The notes under the pieces are model-generated. The model had not been told where the DNA came from, did not search any database, and saw only the letters and a program-made list of their open reading frames with translations. A stretch of 64,000 nt of DNA from Orbicella franksi (lineage: Eukaryota): assembly GCA_964199315.1 (NCBI GenBank), contig OZ116710.1, positions 4,960,001-5,024,000 on the forward strand. The letters are read 5' to 3'. This document shows positions 49,960 to 60,833 of the stretch, piece by piece. The position numbers were made by a program, and so were the translations under genes. Each line of letters starts with the position of its first letter. Position 1 is the first letter of the stretch.

Positions 49960-50300
49960 CTACATTTAATTGCTACTGTTGGTTCGGCTCTAACAACCTT
50001 CAATTTTTACAAGTAATCCAAATAGTACATTGCCTCTCGACTGTCTTACAACAGGATGCTTGGCATGATAACCTCAGACACATGTTGAAATAGAACTAAC
50101 TTCGTTTTATTCACCATCTCTTTATACAGTCATCTTGCTTTTACAATAATCAGGGAACGAAATCAGAAACCAAAATTAAGGCAAAGGACAAGTCCTTCTA
50201 TCTAGTATTACAGCTACTACTTCATATAGAACTTCATATTAGTTACTTCGACCGATGTTGTTTAATGCGACCCGCATTCATCTGGGCTGTTACTTAGCGA

Positions 50301-53300
50301 TTATACGTTTGGTGACGAGGTGGAAATAGAACCCTGAGGTCCAATTCTCCCTTCATCAATTCCTACAAGACAGAAAGCCCACGAACACAATTAAGACAAA
50401 ATGATCTAGCAAGGTATGCAGTTCGACCAACAACCCTCCCGTCAGCGTTGAAATCCAAGATGGTGGACGACTCTGGAAAAACCTCAAGAACAACTTCGCT
50501 CACAACATAATTTTGCTTCAATATTACACTATCAAGTGGTATAACGATGAGGCCACTCTACTTGTAACTAATTCTTGTCTTTCACCTTTAAATAGAAGCG
50601 CCATATTTCCAAACGAAACCTGAATTTTTGTTCATTACGGAACCGTTTTGAACTCGTTCTTCTACAAATCAAGTTTCGAAAAGGTTTGAATTTTACTTAA
50701 TCTTAAGCACTCGTATTAAGTTTCACTTTAGTTTCAACTTATGCTTTAACGGTTTCAGATTTGGATTAACCCACCCTCCAAAAGCCGAGAACTCCAGGGC
50801 ACTGAACTGATATTTTCACATAAGCCGAAGTAACGTATATCAACAAAAATTTATCTTGTAAAATTTACTGACTCTTACTTTGGTTAAATAATGTCACCAT
50901 TGCCATAAAAGGATATTCTTATTAAACTTCAAACAGTATTGAAACTGCAAAAATTGTTTACAATCTATAATTTAAACAATGTTCTCTTAGATTTCAAAAT
51001 ACCACATAGAAGAAACTCATAAATTGAGCTGCTCAGCATCGACTGCACCCAAACAGAATTCAACAAAAGAATGCACATCCAAATATAACCCCAAGCCCTC
51101 GCCCACCCGCTTTTCGACCGTCCTCAAAGAACGTTGCACGAATGTTTTTCTTGCTCTAGTTTCTTCCAAGATAAATCTAACAACAGTACTTGCGTTACGC
51201 GTGACATCACTTGCTTCCGTCTTACAGGCCGATTGCATGACGAGAAAACTGCCTTTTCGTCATATCAGGTTGTCAGAATAGACCAAATTCGATATATTAA
51301 AATTCAGCCTAACACAATAGACCTCAGCACGAGGCTCTGGGGAATAAACCCCACAAACTCTGTATTTATTCCCTAGCGCCTCGTGCTGAGGTCTATTGTT
51401 TTTGGCTGAATTTTAATATATCGAAATTGGTCTATTGTTCAAACCCCCTTAACGGCAGCCTCCTATGCAGACGGTCTTTAGGCTCGTCACGCAATATTCC
51501 TCCCGTGACGAGCCCAAAGATTGTCTGCGTAGGAAGCTTCCTCAAGACGACCAATATCTCTATTTTTAACTACCTTAGAAAAACTCTAAGCAGTAAAGTA
51601 AGAGGCCTGAACTTTTCGTAAACATCACATACCAAAATTACATTAAATACACGAAAATAACAAAAAGTTCAACATGACATCGTATTCACGGTGCCAAAGC
51701 TTGTCTAAACTAAAAAAGGTGCAACGCGATGTCATGTTAGTACGGCTCAAAATATACAAAGGGAAGAATCTATTTCCGTTATAAAATTAAATAGAAGCAA
51801 GCAAACTAACCCGACGAACAGGCGGTTTTGACGGCAGGGTTTTTGGTGGAAAACGACAGACCCACGTCTTGCGCTGGTTTCGAACTCCACAAGACCCTTG
51901 CAAAACTGCCTGCTATGCAGGTTATAATCACAACAGAAAATCTTCTAAAAGCCACCGGTACCTGGCGCGCCCGCGTTCCAAGCAACTCTCTAAAAAGCAG
52001 CGGCTTTTGGCAGCCAAAATAGATATCAGTAAAAACCTATGAACATCAATTAACATTACTGAATTAAAGAACAAGAAAAATTCAAAATTACTCTGACGCT
52101 ATTCCCTGTTCAGTAAAATTTGTCAATCTCCTTAAATTTTGCTTATCCAGTTTTACCTTGTTTGTCCAGCGCAATCTTATTTATGCATTAGAACCTTGAT
52201 TACACAGTTAAAACTTTATATTTATCCAAAAATAATAAACTGTTCTTCAAATATTTACTTTACGCTAAGTACTCTTAAACAAACTAAATACTGTATTTTT
52301 CCTAAAAGCATGCACGTTGACAAATATGACTAAAAATAACGCATAATTCGTTTGTTTCACGCAGTTTTCAAAACTATGCCACTGAGAAACAACAAAGCTG
52401 ACCAACATAACGCTCTTTAACCGCTGTCAGCTATGTTCACAACGGTTGCGAGGTGAAGGCAAGGCAAGCAAAGGCTACGCTGTTTGTTGGCGTTTAACCT
52501 TTCAAGTTAGCGCAATTTTGAAAACCGCGTCAACTTTTCACTACTTACTTAATTTCTAGCTGTTTTCTGATGACTGTTGTAGCCTGGAAAACGTTATCAA
52601 AAGGCAAATCAACGGGCCCGAAAGCGCGGGAAAGCATGAAACCTTTGCCAAGCGCGGGAAAACATAGAATCCACGCTAAACGCGGGAAAATGTAGAACCC
52701 TTTGCAAAGCACGGTAAACAGTCCTAACCTGTGTCAGGCGCATGGCAACATGCAACCGGCGCCAAGTGCTGGAAACATAGAAACCATGCCAAGCGACGAA
52801 AGGTTTTGCTTTAATTTGCTTTAATCGTATCCGTACGGTTTCATACACCCATTGTTGGGCTCATCAAATATAAACCACGGGATTACTTTAACAGGCTACT
52901 TCAACAGGTACTGAAAACAGCTTCCAGAGAGAGAAAAAAACCAATCACATTTCGGTTTTCAAAACTACATCCTTGATTAATACCCGATAAAATTACACCA
53001 GCTACAATTCCTTTTTTAGGGTCTTCCCCGTTTCTGTAACTAAAAGCGGGGGTTCGAATTGTGATGCGACCCATGCCCCGCCGCGTAGTGAGAAGGTACC
53101 TGCAGATGAGCCTGCTGTCCTTGCTTACGAAAACCTGTTTGAACCGGTTTAAACGCCGACTGTGCGCCCATTGCCCCACGGCCCCTCTGCAAACTTCCCG
53201 ACATTCCGTATGGCATGTTGTCAAAAGCACGCTGCCGCTGAAGATTCGTATGACACCTTGCGTAGGAGGGGTGGTGATAACCCAAAGCGGCAGCACCCCT

Positions 53301-56300
53301 CCCCTGTGGCCACCAGTTCTCCCTCGGGAGGAAGGGGTCGCTGTAGTGCTGTGGTGGGAGAGGGGGTCGGTGGTGCGATGGCCTCAAAGTGTCTTCTGTT
53401 AATGACGTCGTCTTGGCCCACAACAGGGGTGGGGAAGATTCTCGGGTTGACCAAGGATTCTAAAAAAGAAAGCGCAAAGAACGATCAAGGATTGAAAACA
53501 AGAACGCTTCAAAAAAGCACAGCTCTGTACCTAGCACATCGCAGCAAACTAGCGTCTGAGATAGATGATCTAGGCGATTACGAAGATTTCGTTAAGTCAG
53601 CTTTATTTAAGACCACGTGACAAGTGACTATCAATTCCGTAGTCTTAAAGCGGTTTCTCTTGAGTGTCGAAAAGTAATTGATTATGCATTACTACGCCAC
53701 ACGATTGGCTCAAAAAAACTCGCGCCACTTTTTCATCCAATCAGAAGTAAAATCAAAACCAATTCTGACTCGCTCGCACACGTCTTCCCGCGCTTCGCGT
53801 CAGCTACCTGAATTCACTTCCAAAATTGATTGCTTCGCTGTATTTTCTGTGTCCTTTGTGATTGACCAGATTGATTGATTTGGTTCTTGTTTTACGACAT
53901 TCAATTGAAAACCGCTGTAAGTGACGTACTATTTATTATGCACATAGTTATATGCGCGCATAATTATTATAAACATATCGCATGACCCTCCCTTTATTGT
54001 TAACTCCTCTGATACTGTTAGCCCACAAGTAATCTCTTCCCTCTCTAATGAATCGTTGCCTTAGAATTGAAATCAAAAGAAAGAAAAACGACAGACAAAT
54101 GTGAAAACTGGCATTAGCACCAGTTCTCGTGCGGCCATTCCTATAAGGTTTTCGCTTCTCAGTTGATAATCAACTTGAGGGAAGAGACTTCTCCTAGCCC
54201 ATTACCTTCTGCGCCAAGTCCTCCGTACTCCAAGGCTTTCCGACATTTGGCATAAAGGAAACATTTTCACTGGGCATTACTTCACAACTAAGGATAAATC
54301 ACACAGAATGTCTTAGCAACTAACATAATCAGTCATAAAAAGTCGAGCTCTGAAAACCGTTCTCGGAACGAGAAAAATTGTCTACGAAAAATGTCAAAAT
54401 ACGAGTGCGAAGAGCATGAAAAAGAAGCGAAAGCACTAAGACTACCAACAAGCGACTACATACACTGTACTCTTCGGGTGTAATGGTGACAACCCTTGTT
54501 ACCCAAAATTAAAGGAGTTACGTCACGGTACCGCGTCCTGAAAAGTTTAGCCTAAATTTTTCAACTTCGTCATTTGTAATCCGTGTCAATCTTTTCCATC
54601 CTTAACCATCCTCGTTTCCTCATGGTTTATTATATTCTCTTTCGTGTTTTTCTGGGTTTTTTTTAACCGTTATTTTCAGGTTTCCTTCAATTTAAAGGTA
54701 ATTTTGTCCATGGCCAAAATAACTCAAAACGCCGTGACTGAGCATATTCTCAACTCCTGATTACCACTGTAAATTCTACTCCTTTGAGTTAAGCACTCCA
54801 AGAGTGTCTACATCAATTGCGTAGTATCAAAACATTTACATACACTTTATGCGTTGTTAGAAAAAGTACCTTCCTCCACGAGCGGCAGCCAGCAAGTCGG
54901 GTCCAGTAATTCCCAGCCCTAGAGAGAATACAGTCTTCCCTCGTCCTAACCTGTCCGTGCTCAGGGATTCCTGGGATTGATTCCAGTTGCTACCAGAAGC
55001 CTAACAAATGAGCAACCGATATCAAAATCAACGAGGTTTACTCTAGAAGCTATAACTCGCGTGAATTTCTTCGAGGCAAACAGCATGACACCACTGTACT
55101 CTCCTTGCTTGTTCAGTGGTTTCATCAACGTTTTCTGCAGAAGGGCAACTGGTTTTCACAGCTGGGCAAAGTTTTGAACTTCTTGACAAGAAAAACTTTC
55201 CTCTTGATGGTCAAACCAGGAGGGCAAAATCACCATCACAGCCGGCCAATTTGCCTGGTCCTGGCCCTCAATGAAACCCGTGTTGTCGAAGATACATGTA
55301 CAAGTACTCTATGCTACGAATTTGTTTCAGGTTAGAGCACTGGTAGAGAATTTTCTGTTGTGTTGCTGGACTGTAACAACACCCCTTACCATCCTCTAGT
55401 ATGACTGGGTTTAAAAAGAAATTGTTTATAGAGTCGGGTTCCTAAATCATATTTACTACAATAAACCCCTTTACTTAACCACCCTGATTTGGCTATATTT
55501 TTGTCTTTCCTAGAATCACAAACATTCAAAAATGTAAAAATAACTGCATATCGAACATTCTTACATTGGGAATGTTGGCCCAGACTGGGTTACCATGGAT
55601 ACTGCTTCCGTAACTTGACCACTTCAAACCGAGGTCCAGAAGACCTGGGCCTGAATTACTTGGTAGCAAACTCTCATTCAGACTCTTAGCATCTTCATTA
55701 CCATCATCACTCTTCTCCTTGCCGGGAAAATCCGACAGGGACCAGCAGCTGTGGTACAGAGTGTCCTGCGAGCCGTGCATGTCCTTCTTGCGAAGCGGTG
55801 AACCCTCAGGATTGGTGTTACCACTATCAGAGCCATCTGACGGAGGACTGGCTTTTTCCCATACACTCCTTTTGAAAAATAGTCATTTCGTTATTTTACG
55901 TAATTATTAAAACAGATGAGGAAAATTGTTGATTGCTAGCTTGAGAGAGTACACTAAGCTCCCAATCTAACAGCCTGGGTTCGAGTCCTGGCTGGGGTCA
56001 ATGTGTGGTGCTTGGCGAGATGTTTGACTTTCACAGTTCCTTTTTCTATCAACTTCAGCAAAGGGGTGGGGGATCTCTTTACTCAGGAGTATAGACGGGT
56101 ACCAGCAAGTCATTGTTACAGCCAACTAACAGGGTAGTAGAACAACACTCCATTAATTTGTTTCATTTAGACCACTACTATAGACTTTTTATGTACAGGT
56201 TAGCACTTTAACACCCTGACCACTTGGCTAAGGGATGACTTAGGCTTTTGACTGCAGTCCTACAGATACAACTACCACAAAGTAGGCTTACCTAAGGCTC

Positions 56301-59300
56301 TCACTGATGGACAATGTTTTATCGCCATCACACTCCTCTGAGCTGACCGTCACTAACACAGGACTGGGCGTGTTGCTTGCTTTAGTCTGTTCATCATTTG
56401 CCACACTCAACTTGGGTGAAGCAGCCTTGGATACACTGTTTGGACTAGAGACACTTGCATCAATAGCATTTTCCTTGGCTTGTGATGCAGGTGATGGTTG
56501 AGGAGTATCACTCTTGTCGTCGCCATCATCAGTAGTTTTAGGCCCACTTTTTGTTTTGCTGTCATTTTCTGGCAACACAGGGCTTTGAATCTTCTCATCA
56601 GCTCCTTCGCTGTTTGATGGTTGATTTTTCTGCTCATCACTGGCTGGTGAGGGAGGCCTGCATTGCTCCTTGTTGGCAGAATCTGCAGATTTCACTAACA
56701 ATACTGGACCCACTTCAGATGAAAGAGAGGTCTGTGTCTCTATGGTAACCATTCTTTTGGAAGGCTCTACACTCTTACACGAATCCACATCGGGAGTTTT
56801 AGCTCTTTCCTTGGTTTCTGATTGGCTACAAGATGCTGTTACCTCATCCAGAGATTCCTTGTTGTCCGTTTTTTCACCTGCACATGTTGGCGCAGTACTA
56901 GCCTGCGTAATGCTACTCAAGGCTGCACTGTATATGCTTCCCAAACCACTGTCGACAGGTGTCATGTGACTTTCTGCCATGCTGGGATTGGTGTCGTCTT
57001 CACTTAGTAGTCGAAGTTTGATTGGTGCACCCGAGAGAAAGTTGATGACTTCAGTGAGCTCCTCTTGAGAAGCCAATGACACTTCACTGTGAGAATCTAA
57101 ACAAAGATAGGTTTTCATAAATTAGACAAGTCTCTGACTCATCTTAGCCTTACATGATAAATGATGAAAAGTAAAATCAATTTTTTAAAACTAAAGACAG
57201 CAAAAACAAACACAATAAAAACAACAAAACCTTTGGATATGTGGCAGTGACTTACTTTGGATGGTAGGCTTAAAAGTCGGCAGTGGAAACTGTGGAACAG
57301 ATTTTGACCAATCGCTTGGTGACGAGGGATCATCAGGTTTGCTTTGCTCTTCAGTAAGCTTCGCTGAGCTACTTTCAGGGGCCATGGACTGTTCTTTAGC
57401 CCTCCTAGCCCAGTGCCGTGGGCGTGGTGGGGGTAGGGGTGTTGGGTCCTCAATGTCTGTGTCATGTTCATCGCCTGTATCGGTGCTAGATGCTACAGAT
57501 GTTCTATAACCTAGAAACAATAGAGATAGACCGTAACATATACTGTACATGTACATGTACATGTACTAGAAAGCACTTGCACACAAAGGTAGTCATTTCA
57601 TTTTGAGTGTAATTTGGAATATATGCATATAAGTAGCGTTGGACAGAAGGGTCACAAGTGTGACACCACTTATGGCTTCAGACAGCAAATACGCTTGACA
57701 GGACTTAATTGTTCCAGTTGATCTTGCCAGCTCTTGGCTACTTAAGGAGCAATGTATTTGTTACAGGCCAGACACTACAGCAACAGGAGAGTCAAAACTT
57801 TATGAACATTTCTGAATAATGTAAAAAATTGTTTTCAGGCTAAAAAGATGCAGTTGCATAAGGGTAGTGAAAAATCATTTGTAGTTGTTATGCTTTACCA
57901 ACCTGTAAGCTTCATGTAAGTACCTGAATAACACAACATAATACAATGCCAGTATAATGCACAAGCCTTGAACCTTTTTATGCTCTTTCCAGTCTTAAAC
58001 GTTAAGCTATTGCATTAGCTTTGATTTTGCAATAAAGGCCAGGTGATGGTCAGCTTGACATGGCTACCAGTGGTGTGTGAGAAATAATATTGTATTATTT
58101 GTAGCTTCTAAATAGGTACTACAGTAAAAGCATTACATGTACCTGCTGATTCCTGTCTGGTGCCTGCACCAGGAACAGCATTCAGATTGGTTGCATCAGC
58201 TACCATATTTGCGCTACTGGCAGCCTTGGTTGCCACAGACTTCCGTGAGAATATCTTGGATGTGGCTTTGGTGAAGGTTTTCCTAAAACTTTTGTGCTTG
58301 TGACTTGGTGATGCATCAAGTTTAGTCAGCAAGGGTGGAGACTTGGAAAGGTTGCGACGTTTTATGTGAATTGCAGGCAGAGGTCTTTCTCTGAAATGTT
58401 ATGAAGAATATTATTAATATACATTATTTGCCAACTGGGAGGTCAAAGAGGAGAAAATCTCTGCCAGAGGTCTTGGGCAGAGTCCAAGGTCATAAGTTTG
58501 GGATAGCCCAAAACAGTACTCAAACCATGCTAATTAAAAATACAGTAGTTGGTAGTTCTTTACTTTCTATTTCAGTGGTCTAGAGATGGATTTCTGCTAT
58601 CACAAAATTTTGCGTGTCCATAAGAAAAAGAAACTGAACAACTTGGTGGTAAAAGGGTGTTTAAAGTGATTTTTGGCTTGCCAAAACAGCTCCAAATTTT
58701 GCATGCAGGTTTGTTTAGGTGTGTTAAACAATGTCCCGTCTTTTTCTTTTATTGTATATTAAGCATGTGATTCTGACATGCCCAGCCATTCATGCAAATT
58801 CCCTATGTGCAATTACAGTAGAAATCAAGATGGCTGGATTGGTCTTCGTCTTGGTCCATAAACATGCAAAAGAGACCTTGGCCAATATTTGACCTCACAC
58901 TTGGTCAATAACCCATATATAGTAATACCTGCTACCGCATTACACAACAGACAGTTTATCCAATCTCTCTTAGCTTGGAGGAGCCCTACTCTTACAGAGC
59001 AAATAATCACTTACAAGTAAATGTACATAAGGAGGACTTGCTCAACCTTGACATTTAACTACCTGAAATAAGTTACTCACTTATCCTCCAGATAGTCCAT
59101 CAAACTAAACTTGGATGTATAAACAGCATCAATGGTACCCAAAGGAGATGGAGAGTCCAGGTCTTTTAACAGACAAGCAAATGTGGTAGCATCTTCTGTA
59201 ATGACCCTACATGAAAAAAAAAAATTGAGAAAAGAATAAATGTCTTTTGATAAATTACGCTTTTCAGCTATAGTACATACATGTACATTGCAAAGTGCAG

Positions 59301-60731
59301 TAAACTACTCAGGGCTGTCATTAAGGACTGTAACCTGTAGCACCTGTTGCGGCTGAGTATGCTTGATTTTCCCTTGATGCTACGGGTGAAATTGCCTGTT
59401 GTTGATAGAATTCACCCATAATGTAACAAATTTGGTACGGGTGTAGAGAATAAGGCTACAGGTGACTAAAACCTTAATGACAGCCCTGATATTTCTGTCA
59501 AATGCTGATGTACACATGTAGCTTAATTAAATAATAAGAACTTCACACGGAATTGACTATCAAAGGACATACCATGTGGTGGAGACCTCAACATGAATGG
59601 ATGTTCCCTTGACATACACTTGGGCCAGCCGAGTGTTTTTCTCTTTACTTGGCTTTGCTGTAACCTAATTAAAATGACAAAAAGTAACATTTGACCTGTC
59701 ATCATCTGTTCACTTTTCACTTTTGTCCATATAATCTCCCTTCTAGCAAACCATGGTTTCCATGTGTGTCAAAAAATGTTTGAATGCATGTAGCTTTGGT
59801 TTTGTTTTACATACAGTGTACATGTATAACGTGATTTAACTGCTTTAAAAGCAAATATTATTTCTGAATTGGTCATACAGGTGTGTTCTCCTGGGCACAC
59901 TTGAAACCACCCTACAGGTGTATGGGGGATTTGGTATTTACCTGAGTTCTCATTGGTTCCTGTGTTGCAGTGATTTGATAAAAAGGTTGTGATAACAATT
60001 GACTGAAAATTGCTATCAATGGTAGCCAAAAGAATGTTTACTCACCAGGTGAGCTCTGCCAAATACAAGCTGCACAGCAGTCTTTGCAGCAGAGCTGGGC
60101 ACTGGAGAACAGGCCTCATACAACACCATCAGCACAAACATATCCAGGGTCTCACGGTTAAGGGGGATGTCATTCTGCTTGGCAACAGAGCTAACAAGGT
60201 CTCTGATACAGTGCTATTCAGGGAAAAAAGAAAGAGTTGAAAGAGTAGTTCATTGAAATATCTGTCTTAATCACATTAACAGTCATTAATCTCTTCAACA
60301 TTATTGATTTTCAAACTTCCATATACTATTTTGCAACACAATAAATTTAACACAGGCAAAAGAAAGACCTTGCATCAGTTAATGCACATTTAAATAAATG
60401 TTGACTGAAAAAGACTCCAGACAGGTGTCAAGTAACATAACACATAATGTGAAGTTTATATGAAATAACGGGATTCGAACCCGTGACCTCCATGATACCG
60501 GTGCAATGCTCTACCAACTGAGCTATGAAGCCACACATTGGGAGCGAGGCCACTTAACTGAGTTCATATCTTCCTGTGAGGAGTGAAATTATGTTCATAT
60601 ATGAATTATTTCATATAAACTTCACATCATTTCACTCCTCATGGGAAGATATGAACTCAATTAAGTGGCCTCGTTCCCAATGTGTGGCTTCATAGCTCAG
60701 TTGGTAGAGCATCGCACTGGTATCGTGGAGG

Positions 60732-60762
<31 letters not shown>

Positions 60763-60802
60763 TTTTTTTTCAGGCCTCTTCTTTCCAATTGCTTAAATTG
60801 GA

Positions 60803-60833
<31 letters not shown>

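Noticed and set aside
52901-53620. Several overlapping ORFs around 53100-53459
   Set aside because: Only the NPWSTRESSPPLL frame is phase-consistent with the flanking exons and homologous. The others are GC-rich shadows.
58430-58995. Two exon-like segments (VGLLQAKRDWINC.. and WFEYCFGLSQ..) in the GARRE1-like gene
   Set aside because: Exons 59081 and 58390 join directly in phase 2 and give the homologous YLEDKERPLPAI. Including these segments would need an implausible 45-nt intron.
60686-60758. Functional tRNA-Thr gene
   Set aside because: It is embedded in a TSD-flanked repeat, has an imperfect anticodon stem and an anticodon unusual for eukaryotes. Treated as a pseudo-tRNA.
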